From Bacteroidales bacterium (GTDB lineage Bacteria; Bacteroidota; Bacteroidia; Bacteroidales; JAHJDW01): 64,000 nucleotides of DNA. Shown piece by piece: positions 45,668-55,938 of this stretch (within the stretch, counting starts at the first letter, position 1; the number at the start of each line of letters is the position of its first letter). The stretch is taken from positions 18,234 through 82,233 of the forward strand of contig JBAZBZ010000005.1 in assembly GCA_041671145.1 (NCBI GenBank), read 5' to 3'. The notes beneath the pieces are model-generated. The model saw only the letters and a list, made by a program, of their open reading frames with translations, was not told where the DNA came from and ran no database searches. The translations under genes were made by a program, and so were the position numbers.

Positions 45668-47518
45668 GTGAACAATACTTTATATTCCGACAGGAAACAT
45701 ACAATAATTTTCATATTTATTTTTGCTGTTGCAATATTTGTCATACGATTGTTTTATATTCAGGTATTAACTGATGAATATAAAATTTCCGCCAACAATA
45801 ATGTTCTGCGTTTTCAAACCGAATATCCGAACCGAGGATTGATATACGACAGGAAAGGAAAGTTGCTTGTTTATAATGAAGCGTCTTATGATTTGATGGT
45901 AACTCCAAGATATGCTAAAAACATTGACACTAATGAATTATGTAAAATTCTAAATATTGATAAAGTTGCTTTTATCGAAAGGATAGGAAAAGCCAAAGCA
46001 TTTTCATCTTTCAGAGCTTCGATTTTTGATAAGCAAGTTTCAACGGAAATGTACGGAATGTTGCAGGAAAAAATGTACAAACTTCCCGGATTTTTTATTC
46101 AGGCACGAACATTAAGAAAATATCCCAAGCCAATTGCTGCACACATTTTGGGATATATTGGTGAAGTTGACCCTTCTTTTCTGGAGAAAAACAAATATTA
46201 CAGAGCAGGTGATTACGCTGGAATAAGCGGTATTGAAGAATCTTATGAAAAATTCTTACGCGGAAAAAGAGGATTAAGAATTGTCATGGTAGATGCTCTT
46301 AACCGCGAAAAAGGTAGCTTTCGTGAAGGCAGGTATGATACAACAGCCGTGGCAGGAGAAGATATTTTTTCTACAATTGACGGTGCATTGCAGGAATACG
46401 GGGAAAAATTAATGCAAAATAAAAAAGGCAGTATTGTTGCTATTGACCCTGCAACCGGTGAAATACTTGCCTTGGTTACCAGTCCTACTTATGACCCAAA
46501 TTTACTTGTGGGAAACTTGAGAGCCAAAAATTTCAATCAACTTAATACCGATGAATTAAAACCTTTGTTCAACAGGGCTTTGTTGGCTCAATATCCTCCG
46601 GGTTCAACATTTAAAATATTAAATGCTTTAATTGGACAGCAGGAAAAAGTATTATTTCCCGATACACGCTATTCATGCAGCGAGGGCTATCACATAGGTA
46701 GTTTGACTGTAGGATGTCACAGACACTCTTCTCCTTTAGACCTTAAGCAATCTATTCAATATTCATGCAATGCTTATTATTGCAATGTTTTTCGCTCAAT
46801 TCTCGACAGGGTGAAACATCATGATATACGTGAAAGCTATACCAATTGGCGAAATCATGTGTTAAGTTTCGGTTTTGGAAATAAACTCGGAAGCGATTTG
46901 TACGAAAGCAAAGGAATAATACCTACTTCAAAATATTACGACAAATATCACAATAATCATTGGAATTCGGTATCGGTAATTTCATTAGCAATCGGACAAG
47001 GTGAAACAAGTGTAACTCCAATGCAGCTTGCAAATTTTACTGCAATACTTGCCAACAGGGGTTTTTATTATACTCCTCATATTATAAAAGCTATCGGGAA
47101 AAATAAATTTATTGATAAAAAATTTACCGAAATCCACTATACTTCTGTTGAGCCGAAATATTTTGATGTAATTATAGAAGCAATGTATGATGTTGTAGAA
47201 TCGGGAACAGGAGTAACGGCAAAAATAAAAGGAATTCCTATGTGCGGAAAAACAGGTACAGCACAAAATCCACATGGTGAAGACCATTCGGTTTTTATTT
47301 TGTTTGCACCTAAAGATAATCCGAAAATTGCACTTGCAATTATTGTGGAAAACGCCGGATTTGGCGCAACATGGGCAGCTCCAATAGCAAGCTTAATGGT
47401 TGAAAAATACCTGACTAACACAATTAAACGACCTGACCTTGAAAAACAAATGCTCGAAACAAATTTAATGAACGTTATTCCAAAACCAAAGAAGAAAAAA
47501 ATTAAACAAAATGAGTAG
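45668..47518 (+). CDS. mrdA: penicillin-binding protein 2 (elongasome transpeptidase)
   Basis: GSTFK, YSCN and CGKTGTAQ motifs; GTG start. Confidence 0.9.
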   Translation: MNNTLYSDRKHTIIFIFIFAVAIFVIRLFYIQVLTDEYKISANNNVLRFQTEYPNRGLIYDRKGKLLVYNEASYDLMVTPRYAKNIDTNELCKILNIDKVAFIERIGKAKAFSSFRASIFDKQVSTEMYGMLQEKMYKLPGFFIQARTLRKYPKPIAAHILGYIGEVDPSFLEKNKYYRAGDYAGISGIEESYEKFLRGKRGLRIVMVDALNREKGSFREGRYDTTAVAGEDIFSTIDGALQEYGEKLMQNKKGSIVAIDPATGEILALVTSPTYDPNLLVGNLRAKNFNQLNTDELKPLFNRALLAQYPPGSTFKILNALIGQQEKVLFPDTRYSCSEGYHIGSLTVGCHRHSSPLDLKQSIQYSCNAYYCNVFRSILDRVKHHDIRESYTNWRNHVLSFGFGNKLGSDLYESKGIIPTSKYYDKYHNNHWNSVSVISLAIGQGETSVTPMQLANFTAILANRGFYYTPHIIKAIGKNKFIDKKFTEIHYTSVEPKYFDVIIEAMYDVVESGTGVTAKIKGIPMCGKTGTAQNPHGEDHSVFILFAPKDNPKIALAIIVENAGFGATWAAPIASLMVEKYLTNTIKRPDLEKQMLETNLMNVIPKPKKKKIKQNE

Positions 47519-47585
47519 AGTTTAAAGTTGATAAAATTAGACACTGACAAAATATGAAAATTATGAAAAAACACAGATAAAAAAG

Positions 47586-48830
47586 TCATAATTTTTCAGC
47601 GTTAATCTGCGTCCTATTTTTTTGATATAATTTTTGATAAATTTCTTCAGCAATTTCAAAGCCCCTGTATTGTTTTGCAATTTCAACAATTTTATTTCTT
47701 AAAGTTTGTCTGTCATTATTTTTTATTAAACTGTCAATTTCCCTAATAGATTCAATATATTTGTCATAAGTAAAATCTTTAATTATTGAGCCGATTTTGT
47801 ACTTTTCTATAATTTCCGAATCATCGGAAATATTTTGAGTAATAACAATAGGTAATCCCATTGCCCAGTATTCCCCGTCTTTAATTGATGTACAAAAACG
47901 TTTTGTTGGAACCGGTTTTACCGGATTCAGTGCAAAATCTGCCAAGCCAAGATATTTATGTATTTCTTTATGGTTAATAAATTCAGAGAAAATAATTTCA
48001 GGATTTAGTTCTGATGCAGAAATATATTTTTCGATTTTTTCTTTGCTGGCATCGGTAAGTAAAAGTACACGAAATTTTTCTTTCCAGAAATCGGAGCATG
48101 CTTTAAAAAAATCAAAAATTTCCTTTTCTAGATAAATACCTCCTATTTTTCCTGCATAAACACAAACTATTTTGTTTTCAAAACCTAATTTTTTAAGCAG
48201 CATTTCTTCTTTTGCAAACTGCAATGAAAACTGACTAAAATCGGTGCATGCAGGTTTTACATAATAATTTTTAAACTCAGTTTTATATTTTATTTTAGCC
48301 CAGTTTTCAAATCCTTTTGTTGCAGCAACAACTGCTTTTGCTCTGCGGCTTTGAAGTTTTTCGAAAAAAAACAAAATTTTAAAAGCAATACTATTTCTTT
48401 TCCAGTCGCCGTTTTCCACCATTGCTTCTGCATGGGGTTCATAACTGTCAATAATAAGCTGACGTCCGGTTAATACCGACAAAATATATCCGATAGCTCC
48501 TGCCGGTGTGCACCAACAATGAATGTATTTTATTTTTTTTGAGAATATTATTATCAGCAAACGAAGCAAATAAAATTTCCATTTAATGATTGCTTTTAAA
48601 CCAAATTTTGAATAATAAAAAGGCAAAAGATAAATGTTTTCTTTTTGTAGGAGAACTGCTTCTTTTGTCAATTCTTCTTTTGAAAGTTTTAAATTTGGTT
48701 TTTCAAGCGTCTGCAAATAAATTTTACTGCCTGAAGGCAAATATTTATTAATAATTTTCAGATACGGCAGCGTATATGTTTGTATCAACGGCTCTTTGTA
48801 GCTCCAGTATGTTAAAACAAGAATGTTCAT
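47586..48830 (-). CDS. glycosyltransferase (GT-B fold, GT4-like)
   Basis: MNILVLTYW N-terminus and a late E-rich region typical of GT-B enzymes; overlaps the upstream GT2 gene by 4 nt. Confidence 0.6.
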   Translation of the reverse strand: MNILVLTYWSYKEPLIQTYTLPYLKIINKYLPSGSKIYLQTLEKPNLKLSKEELTKEAVLLQKENIYLLPFYYSKFGLKAIIKWKFYLLRLLIIIFSKKIKYIHCWCTPAGAIGYILSVLTGRQLIIDSYEPHAEAMVENGDWKRNSIAFKILFFFEKLQSRRAKAVVAATKGFENWAKIKYKTEFKNYYVKPACTDFSQFSLQFAKEEMLLKKLGFENKIVCVYAGKIGGIYLEKEIFDFFKACSDFWKEKFRVLLLTDASKEKIEKYISASELNPEIIFSEFINHKEIHKYLGLADFALNPVKPVPTKRFCTSIKDGEYWAMGLPIVITQNISDDSEIIEKYKIGSIIKDFTYDKYIESIREIDSLIKNNDRQTLRNKIVEIAKQYRGFEIAEEIYQKLYQKNRTQINAEKL

Positions 48831-49648
48831 AAAAACAAATATCTGAGAAATACTTTAATTGCACTAATTGGTTTAAATAATTTGAGATATGATAAAAACA
48901 TAATTTTTATTATTTTATATTTTACAAGAAATTTTATTTTTTTACCGATATCATTACGTTTTTTTATTTCTTTATAAAATATGCTGTAACCATCTTCAAA
49001 AGCTTTGATAGATGAAGTTGTTTGTTCATGTCCTCTGCGATAAAATAAAACGGGTTCGTCAATTATTGCAAGCAATCCTTTTTTTGAATAATTAACTGAA
49101 AAAAGTAAATCTTCAAAAACAGGCATGCCTTCTTTGAATTTGTATTTTATATTTTTATCTCTTCTTCTGAGCCACGAACTTGAAGTGTGAGCTTTAGGAC
49201 TGAGTGTGATAAGTTTTAAGAAAGGATTTCCCTGAATTTCAGTTTTATTAACTGAAATTGGGTTTTTTAAAAATTTATCCATTAAAATTACCGTACCTCC
49301 AACGAAATAAATTTCAGGATTGAGATTTAAAATATCCACTCTTGGTTTTATTGAATCGGGCGGAAGTTTATCATCGGCATCAAGGAAAATAAAATAATCT
49401 CCCTGCATCGCATCAAGTGCTATATTCCGGGCAATGCTGACCCCAAGATTTTTTTGCTGTTTAAAATATATTATTCGCTTATCGCTGAATGACTTTATTA
49501 CTTTCTCAGTATTATCAGTGCTTCCGCTATTTACAATTAACAATTCAAAGTTCTGATAGGTTTGTTCTAAAACCGACTGAATTGCTTCTGCAATATAATC
49601 AGCTTCATTGTGGGCAGGCATTATAATTGAAACAAGTTTTTCTTCCAA
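48827..49648 (-). CDS. glycosyltransferase family 2
   Basis: VSIIMPAHNEADYIAEAIQSVLEQTY, NSGSTDNT and FLDADD; TTG start. Confidence 0.85.
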   Translation of the reverse strand: MEEKLVSIIMPAHNEADYIAEAIQSVLEQTYQNFELLIVNSGSTDNTEKVIKSFSDKRIIYFKQQKNLGVSIARNIALDAMQGDYFIFLDADDKLPPDSIKPRVDILNLNPEIYFVGGTVILMDKFLKNPISVNKTEIQGNPFLKLITLSPKAHTSSSWLRRRDKNIKYKFKEGMPVFEDLLFSVNYSKKGLLAIIDEPVLFYRRGHEQTTSSIKAFEDGYSIFYKEIKKRNDIGKKIKFLVKYKIIKIMFLSYLKLFKPISAIKVFLRYLFL

Positions 49649-49668
49649 GGTTTGTTTCGGTTTTTTTT

Positions 49669-49676
49669 CAAAGATA
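49669..49676 (-). promoter_or_regulatory. -7 box TATCTTTG (minus strand) upstream of the GT2-GT4 operon
   Basis: Plus strand reads caaagata. Confidence 0.45.
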
Positions 49677-49689
49677 TGAGAAAAAAATG

Positions 49690-49767
49690 AAATTGTTAAA
49701 TTGTTATACGTGAACTATAAGCAATATATGTAAAAATAAAAACAACAATTCTACAATTTAACAATTT
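49690..49767. repeat. Perfect 15-bp inverted repeat AAATTGTTAAATTGT / ACAATTTAACAATTT, 48-nt spacer
   Basis: 49690-49704 and 49753-49767 are exact reverse complements, lying between two divergent -7 boxes. Same word family as 6014-6046, 8635-8687, 24836-24870 and 51565-51583. Confidence 0.9.
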
Positions 49768-49803
49768 AGCCATTTATAATATAAATTTTACAAAATAACC
49801 TTT

Positions 49804-49811
49804 TAACTTTG
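49804..49811 (+). promoter_or_regulatory. -7 box TAACTTTG upstream of the DUF4271 gene
   Basis: Exact TAnnTTTG match; ATG at 49832. Confidence 0.45.
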
Positions 49812-49831
49812 CAATCTTATATAAATGAGTT

Positions 49832-50677
49832 ATGCAGTTTGATACCCTACATTGCTATAAACCCGTAGATTCTTTAATAAGTTCGGATTATAATTTTCCT
49901 GAAGAAAAACCTTATTATTACTTGCCTAAGAAAAACATAGTAGGAATAAAAAAACAATTAGTATATAAAGAATCTATTTTCAAAAATCATTTGTTAAAGA
50001 CACAATCTATTGATGCAACATACTTTGACCAAAAACAGGATTGGATTACCTGTGTTTTAATTTTGATATTACTTTTATTTTCTTATGTAAAAGCCGCAAC
50101 AAACAAGAGAATTAAAATAATTGGACTTTGTCTTGTTTCATTAAGATATATTTCGCAGCTCAATCGTGAAGGAAGCATTTTTTCGCAAAGAGGTGCCGTA
50201 GAACTTTTCCTGATTTTTATTACCACTTCGGCTCTGTTTGTTTATCAGATTGCAATATTTTACAAACTCAATCTGGTATCTGAAAACGGATTCATAGCTT
50301 ACATCGTTTTATGCGCCGGAATATTTTTTCTTTATTCAATAAAAGCAATATTATTGAGAATTATCGGAGCAATATTCAGATTAAAAAAGGAATTTTCGGA
50401 ATACATATTAAATGTTTTTGTATTTAACGAAGCTGTAGGCATTGCACTTATACCAATAGTTTTGGGAGTTTCATTCCTGAACTTCGGAAAAGCTGTATTA
50501 TTGAATATAGGCATCTGCATATTTTTTGCATCATACATATACAGGATTTTTAGAGGAATTGAAATTGGCGGAGCTAATTTAAAATTTTCTAAATTTTATT
50601 TATTTTTATATCTTTGTGCCCTTGAAGTTTTACCTGTGATAATTTTAATAAAAATATTTACTGAATATTTCCGGTAA
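49832..50677 (+). CDS. polytopic membrane protein (DUF4271-like)
   Basis: Six hydrophobic helices; its position directly upstream of a HemD-like gene is, as I recall, conserved in Bacteroidota. Confidence 0.5.
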   Translation: MQFDTLHCYKPVDSLISSDYNFPEEKPYYYLPKKNIVGIKKQLVYKESIFKNHLLKTQSIDATYFDQKQDWITCVLILILLLFSYVKAATNKRIKIIGLCLVSLRYISQLNREGSIFSQRGAVELFLIFITTSALFVYQIAIFYKLNLVSENGFIAYIVLCAGIFFLYSIKAILLRIIGAIFRLKKEFSEYILNVFVFNEAVGIALIPIVLGVSFLNFGKAVLLNIGICIFFASYIYRIFRGIEIGGANLKFSKFYLFLYLCALEVLPVIILIKIFTEYFR

Positions 50678-50727
50678 AAAAAGTTTAAAATCAAATTTTA
50701 TTACTAAAGAATTTTAAAACTTTTTAA

Positions 50728-51537
50728 ATGAAAGAAATTAAAAGCATGTTGGTTTCCCAGCCAAAACCGGAGAATGAAAATTCACCTTATTTGGAGCTTG
50801 CAAAAAAATTCAAAATAAAAATTGAATTTCATAAATTTTTTAAAATTGAAGGCATTCCTGCGAGAGATTTCAGAAAAGAAAAGGTAAATATTCCGGATTA
50901 TACAGCAGTTATATTTACAAGTAGAAATTCTGTTGACCATTTTTTCAGAATGTTAGCGGAATTGAGAATTACCGTTCCGGAAACTACAAAATACTTTTGC
51001 CTTTCGGAATCAACAGCGTATTATCTTCAAAAATATATTATATATCGTAAACGCAAAATATTTTTCGGAAAACAAAACTTTGCAGATTTAACCGATATAA
51101 TAAAAAAGCACAGAACCGAGAAATTTCTGATACCTTGTTCGGATACACCCAGCCCCGAAATATCGGAATTCATGCAGGAAAACAAAATTAATTTTACAAA
51201 AGCAACTTTTTATAAAACAACTGCCGATGATTTGGTACCTATTCTCGGACCAAAATTAAATTATGATATGCTTGTTTTTTTCAGTCCTATTGGCATAAAA
51301 TCATTATTTAAAAACTATCCCGATTTTGTTCAAAAAGAAATAAAAATAGCAACTTTTGGCTCTACTACTTCAAAAGCAGCAAAAGAAGCAAAATTAAAAG
51401 TGGATGTATTTGCCCCAACTCCTCAAGCCCCTTCAATGACAATGGCTTTAGACCAGTTTCTGATGCAAGCTAATAAAAAAGCTTTTGAGTCGGTTCAGAA
51501 AAAAATTAAAGCAGTCAAAAAAACCGGGAAAAAATAA
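50728..51537 (+). CDS. hemD: uroporphyrinogen-III synthase-like protein
   Basis: SQPKPENENSPYLELAKKF...YTAVIFTSRNSVDHFF and a two-lobe repeat pattern. Confidence 0.7.
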   Translation: MKEIKSMLVSQPKPENENSPYLELAKKFKIKIEFHKFFKIEGIPARDFRKEKVNIPDYTAVIFTSRNSVDHFFRMLAELRITVPETTKYFCLSESTAYYLQKYIIYRKRKIFFGKQNFADLTDIIKKHRTEKFLIPCSDTPSPEISEFMQENKINFTKATFYKTTADDLVPILGPKLNYDMLVFFSPIGIKSLFKNYPDFVQKEIKIATFGSTTSKAAKEAKLKVDVFAPTPQAPSMTMALDQFLMQANKKAFESVQKKIKAVKKTGKK

Positions 51538-51615
51538 ATATAAAAAAGTTGGCAGTGTTTTTTTATTGCTAAATTGTTAAATTAAAACTTTTTTATTTAC
51601 CATACTATTTTTGTA

Positions 51616-51632
51616 ATCTGTGAATCTGTTGC
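51616..51632. repeat. ATCTGTGAATCTGTtGC copy (1 mismatch)
   Basis: 16/17 identity to 6111-6127; preceded by attgctaaattgttaaatt at 51565-51583. Confidence 0.8.
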
Positions 51633-51684
51633 AAATTTTATTACCTGCAATATCCGTTATAAAACCTAAATTCACTTTTTTACT

Positions 51685-51692
51685 TACCTTTG
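51685..51692 (+). promoter_or_regulatory. -7 box TACCTTTG upstream of rnpA
   Basis: Exact TAnnTTTG match; ATG at 51716. Confidence 0.45.
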
Positions 51693-51715
51693 TGTATCCT
51701 TAATTTCCTTTTATC

Positions 51716-52090
51716 ATGCAAACATTTAAAAAAGATGAACGGCTTTGCAGCAGAAAAGTTATTTCGGAACTATTTGAAAAAGGAAATAGTTTTAATGTTT
51801 TTCCTATAAAAACAATTTGGTTGAAAACAAGTTTTGAATCCCCATATCCTGCCAAAATATTAATAGTTGTACCAAAAAAAAACATTAAAAAAGCAGTTGA
51901 CAGAAATAAAATAAAACGTAGAATAAGGGAAATATATAGGAAAAATAAAGAATCATTATATGAATACCTTAAAAGAACTGAAAAACAATATGTATTTGCA
52001 TTGATTTATCTCGATAAAAATATAATTTCGTTTAAAGAGTTGGAAGAAAAAATAATTTTAACTTTACAACGTTTAATAAATAAAACTTGA
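51716..52090 (+). CDS. rnpA: ribonuclease P protein component
   Basis: [16 protein letters not shown] basic RNR-type motif; followed by yidD. Confidence 0.85.
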   Translation: MQTFKKDERLCSRKVISELFEKGNSFNVFPIKTIWLKTSFESPYPAKILIVVPKKNIKKAVDRNKIKRRIREIYRKNKESLYEYLKRTEKQYVFALIYLDKNIISFKELEEKIILTLQRLINKT

Positions 52091-52308
52091 AAAAGATACC
52101 ATCAGAAATAGCTATTTTATTATTAAAATTTTATAAATATGCCATTTCGCCTTATCTAATGCCGGCATGCAGATATACTCCTACATGCTCGGAATATGGG
52201 ATGGAAGCATTAAAAAAATATGGTATTCTGAAAGGAGGGTACTTGACATTAAAAAGATTTTTGTCATGTAATCCATGGGGAGGAAGCGGCTACGACCCGA
52301 TACCCTGA
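52087..52308 (+). CDS. yidD: membrane protein insertion efficiency factor
   Basis: [19 protein letters not shown]...LSCNPW. Confidence 0.9.
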   Translation: MKKIPSEIAILLLKFYKYAISPYLMPACRYTPTCSEYGMEALKKYGILKGGYLTLKRFLSCNPWGGSGYDPIP

Positions 52309-52347
52309 ATTAAGTGGTGAAGTTTGCCAACCGTTAAGCAAAAATTT

Positions 52348-52438
52348 GGGATTTAGAATTAAGGATTTAGGATTTAAAAATAAAATAGAGAAAGTTGAAA
52401 TTGTGGTTTTTTTAACTGAAAACTATAAACTGAAAACT
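52348..52438. repeat. Stutter tracts gggatttagaattaaggatttaggattt and aactgaaaactataaactgaaaact
   Basis: 52348-52375 and 52414-52438; the latter contains the reverse complement of 6841-6857. Confidence 0.85.
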
Positions 52439-52479
52439 TTAAAATATTTCAAGTACAAACAATTTAATAAATAAATTTT

Positions 52480-54174
52480 ATGAAATTTTTCAAGAAAGTT
52501 CCGCGAAAAATAAAAATATTTTTATTAGCAGTTTTAGTAATTGCCGTTTCGGTTATTTCATTTAGTTTTTCCGATAATTATTTCGAAATATCAAAAAACA
52601 TTGACATTTTCATTTCATTATATAAAGAAGTGAATATGCAGTATGTAGATGAAACAAATCCTTCGAAACTTATGGAGGTAGCTATTAATGCCATGCTTGA
52701 CGAACTTGACCCATACACAACATATATTTCAGAATCGGAAATTGAGGACTACCGTTTTATGACTACCGGCCAATACGGCGGAATAGGAGCTATGGTTCAG
52801 AAAAAAGGCGATTATATTGTTATTGCCGAACCTTATGAGGGATATCCTGCACAAAAAAACGATTTAAGAGCAGGTGATATTATTCTTGAGGTTGACGGCA
52901 AATCGGTAAAAGGAAAAACCACAAGCGATGTAAGCACAATGTTAAAAGGACAGCAGGGAACATCATTTAAATTATTGCTCAAAAGAGAAGGTGAGAATAA
53001 CCCTATAGAAAAAACTTTGACAAGAGAAGAAATTAAAATCGGTAATATTCCTTATTATGGCATGATTAACGAAACTACAGGTTATATAAAATTATCCGAA
53101 TTCAAGGAAAATGCAGGAAAAGAAGTTCACGAGGCACTTGTTGATTTAAAATCGAAAAACAGCAAACTCAGCGGAATTATCTTCGACCTTCGCGGAAATG
53201 GCGGCGGACTCCTGAAAGAAGCGGTAAATATTGCAAATGTATTTCTGAAAAAAGGACAGGAAATAGTTGTTACAAAAGGAAGAGATAAAGACCAGGCAAC
53301 AACTCACAACACTCTTAACAATCCCGTTGATATTGATATTCCATTGGTAGTACTTGTCAACAGCGGCAGTGCATCTGCTTCGGAAATTGTTACCGGTTCA
53401 ATTCAGGATTTGGACAGAGGCGTTATAGTAGGTCAAAGAACTTATGGAAAAGGTCTTGTTCAGAATGTTTATCCTATTTCGTACAATGCAAATGTAAAAA
53501 TTACAATTGCCAAATATTATGTACCGAGCGGCAGATGCATTCAGGCAATTGATTATTCACACCGCAATGAAGACGGAAGTGTTGGTAAAATTCCCGATTC
53601 GCTTATGCATCCTTTTAAAACAAAAGCAGGAAGAATAGTTTATGACGGCGGCGGAATATTGCCTGATGTTATTACAGAATCCCGAAAAATAAGCGAAATA
53701 GCAATCAGTCTGTTAACAAAACAACTTATTTTTGATTATGCTACCCAATATGTACTAAAACATAATTCTATTCCTCCGGCTAAAAATTTTAAAATTACTG
53801 ATGAAATTTATAGCGATTTCATTGCCTTCCTTTCCAATAAGGAATACGACTATAAAACAAAAACCGAAAAGGAAATTGAAGATTTTAAAACCACAGCAAC
53901 CAGCGAAAAATATTTCGATAAGGTAAAAGACGAATATGATGCATTGAAAAATAAACTCATACATAACAAAAACGAAGACCTGAAAACCTTTAAAGACGAA
54001 ATAGAAGAATTACTGAAAGAAGAATTACTTTCAAGATATTACTACCAGAAAGGAAGAATTGAAGGTGCTTTGCAAAGCGATAATGAAGTTATGAAAGCCG
54101 TTGATGTGCTTAACAATAAAAACCTTTACACTTCAATATTAAACGGAAGTCATAAACCCGAAAAAAATAAGTAG
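52480..54174 (+). CDS. S41 family C-terminal processing peptidase
   Basis: PDZ region AQKNDLRAGDIILEVDGKSV; catalytic block NSGSASASEIVTGSIQD...GQRTYGKGLVQ. Confidence 0.9.
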   Translation: MKFFKKVPRKIKIFLLAVLVIAVSVISFSFSDNYFEISKNIDIFISLYKEVNMQYVDETNPSKLMEVAINAMLDELDPYTTYISESEIEDYRFMTTGQYGGIGAMVQKKGDYIVIAEPYEGYPAQKNDLRAGDIILEVDGKSVKGKTTSDVSTMLKGQQGTSFKLLLKREGENNPIEKTLTREEIKIGNIPYYGMINETTGYIKLSEFKENAGKEVHEALVDLKSKNSKLSGIIFDLRGNGGGLLKEAVNIANVFLKKGQEIVVTKGRDKDQATTHNTLNNPVDIDIPLVVLVNSGSASASEIVTGSIQDLDRGVIVGQRTYGKGLVQNVYPISYNANVKITIAKYYVPSGRCIQAIDYSHRNEDGSVGKIPDSLMHPFKTKAGRIVYDGGGILPDVITESRKISEIAISLLTKQLIFDYATQYVLKHNSIPPAKNFKITDEIYSDFIAFLSNKEYDYKTKTEKEIEDFKTTATSEKYFDKVKDEYDALKNKLIHNKNEDLKTFKDEIEELLKEELLSRYYYQKGRIEGALQSDNEVMKAVDVLNNKNLYTSILNGSHKPEKNK

Positions 54175-54280
54175 AAATAAATTTCATATAATAATAGAAT
54201 ACAGATAACACAGATTTGACAAGATTTTCGCAGATAATATCAGCGTTTATTTATTTAATTCATTCTGCTATCTGAACATT

Positions 54281-55867
54281 GTGCAAAATAAAAACCCCTT
54301 GAAAAAACAAAACTTCAAATACGCATATATTGTTTGCTTTGTTCTTATCGTTGTTTCGCTTCCATTTTCCAAATTTACGCTTAGCATATCGCAATTTCTT
54401 TTGCTTATTACATGGTTTGTTGAAGGAAATATAGTTTCAAAATTTAAGAAATTTTTGCAAAATAAAATAGCTGTGACAGTTGTTTCGCTTTATCTGTTGC
54501 ATTTAATCGGTCTTATTTATACAAGTGATTTTGATTATGCTTTTAAAGATTTAAAGGTTAAATTACCTTTACTAACATTCCCTATAATATTTTCTTCAAT
54601 TGAACCATTAGAAAAAAAATGGTTTGAAAGGTTGATGTATTTATTTATTATCGGAGTTTTTACAAGCACAATCATAAGTGTATTTGTTTTATTGGGTTTT
54701 TCAAAACATGAAATAACCGATATACGCCAAATTTCAATTTATACTTCACATATAAGATTGAGTTTGATGATTTGTATTTCAGTTTTTTCATTATTTTATT
54801 TTATCATCAATAATTTTAAGTCGTTGCGATTTTGGTTAACTGCATTTCATACTATTTTTATTTTATGGTTTATTTCATTTTTAGTTTTGCTGGAATCTGT
54901 AACTGGTTTGATAATAGTAATAATAGCAAGTTTATTTCTTGTTGTTTATTATATGTGGAAATCAAAAAAGATTATTTATAAAATTTATCTTTTTACTTTG
55001 CTTGTATTAATTCCTGTTGCAATTTGTTTTTATTTGTTTTTTCAGATAAAAAATTATTATACTCCATATTCTTATAAAACTGATGTTCCTTTGAAATTAA
55101 CCAAATCGAATAATTATTATTTCAGCGATATAAAAAATAATCAGATGGAAAACAGGCATTATATATGGAGAAATATTTGCTGGACAGAACTTGAAGAAAC
55201 ATGGAATAAAAAAAGTAAAATAAAATTCGACAGCATTGATGAAAAAAAACAATCTATAAAATATACACTTGTTCGTTATCTCACATCTAAGGGACTTACA
55301 AAAGATGCGGCTTCTGTAAATTCTCTATCCAATAAAGATATTAAAAATGTTGAAAAAGGAATTGCAAATATTGAATACACAAAAATTTTCAGTTTGAAAC
55401 CGCGTCTTTATAAATTTTTATCCGAATACGACAATTACAGGCAAACTAAGAATCCAAGCGGTTATTCTGCAATCATGCGTTTTGAATTTTGGGAGACATC
55501 ATTAAGAATAATTAAAAAAAATATTTTATTCGGTGTTGGAACAGGTGATGTAAACAGTAGTTTTAAAAATGAATACAAAAAAATGAATACAAAACTTGCT
55601 CCCCAATGGCAAGTTCGTTCACATAATCAGTTTTTGGCAATTACTGTGGCTTTCGGAATATTAGGACTAATATGGTTTTTATTTTCTTTATTTTATCCGT
55701 TATTAAAACTTAAAAATTTCGATTATTTTTATATTACATTTTTTCTTATTGCTTTTATTTCAATGCTTGCTGAAGATACTCTCGAAACTCAGGTAGGCGT
55801 TACTTTCTTTGCTTTTTTTAATTCGTTATTTCTTTTTGTTAAACCGAGGTATGAAGTTGAGGTATGA
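54281..55867 (+). CDS. O-antigen ligase (Wzy_C) family membrane protein
   Basis: More than 10 TM helices and a soluble loop; SHNQFLAITVAFGILG resembles the Wzy_C motif; GTG start. Confidence 0.6.
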   Translation: MQNKNPLKKQNFKYAYIVCFVLIVVSLPFSKFTLSISQFLLLITWFVEGNIVSKFKKFLQNKIAVTVVSLYLLHLIGLIYTSDFDYAFKDLKVKLPLLTFPIIFSSIEPLEKKWFERLMYLFIIGVFTSTIISVFVLLGFSKHEITDIRQISIYTSHIRLSLMICISVFSLFYFIINNFKSLRFWLTAFHTIFILWFISFLVLLESVTGLIIVIIASLFLVVYYMWKSKKIIYKIYLFTLLVLIPVAICFYLFFQIKNYYTPYSYKTDVPLKLTKSNNYYFSDIKNNQMENRHYIWRNICWTELEETWNKKSKIKFDSIDEKKQSIKYTLVRYLTSKGLTKDAASVNSLSNKDIKNVEKGIANIEYTKIFSLKPRLYKFLSEYDNYRQTKNPSGYSAIMRFEFWETSLRIIKKNILFGVGTGDVNSSFKNEYKKMNTKLAPQWQVRSHNQFLAITVAFGILGLIWFLFSLFYPLLKLKNFDYFYITFFLIAFISMLAEDTLETQVGVTFFAFFNSLFLFVKPRYEVEV

Positions 55868-55926
55868 TGACGGAGTTTCTTGATAATTGCTGATAATTAT
55901 TATAAAAAACTTTCTAACTTTATTTT

Positions 55927-55934
55927 TACCTTTG
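55927..55934 (+). promoter_or_regulatory. -7 box TACCTTTG 4 nt upstream of the rlmN ATG
   Basis: tacctttgcaacATG. Confidence 0.45.
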
Positions 55935-55938
55935 CAAC

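Noticed and set aside
46985-47589. 100-aa and 150-aa minus-strand ORFs at the 3' end of mrdA
   Set aside because: They are antisense to the PBP2 transpeptidase domain (KTGT motif on the + strand). The 150-aa ORF merely bridges the spacer into the mrdA antisense.
49690-49767. Invertible promoter (inverton) between the GT operon and the DUF4271 gene
   Set aside because: Both candidate -7 boxes lie outside the inverted repeat and the enclosed 48 nt contains none, so inversion would not switch a promoter. It is kept only as a repeat-family or operator candidate.
51538-51715. Expected rpmH (L34) gene upstream of rnpA
   Set aside because: No frame encodes the basic MKRTFQP...-type peptide. The spacer consists of repeat words and a promoter box, so rpmH must lie elsewhere.
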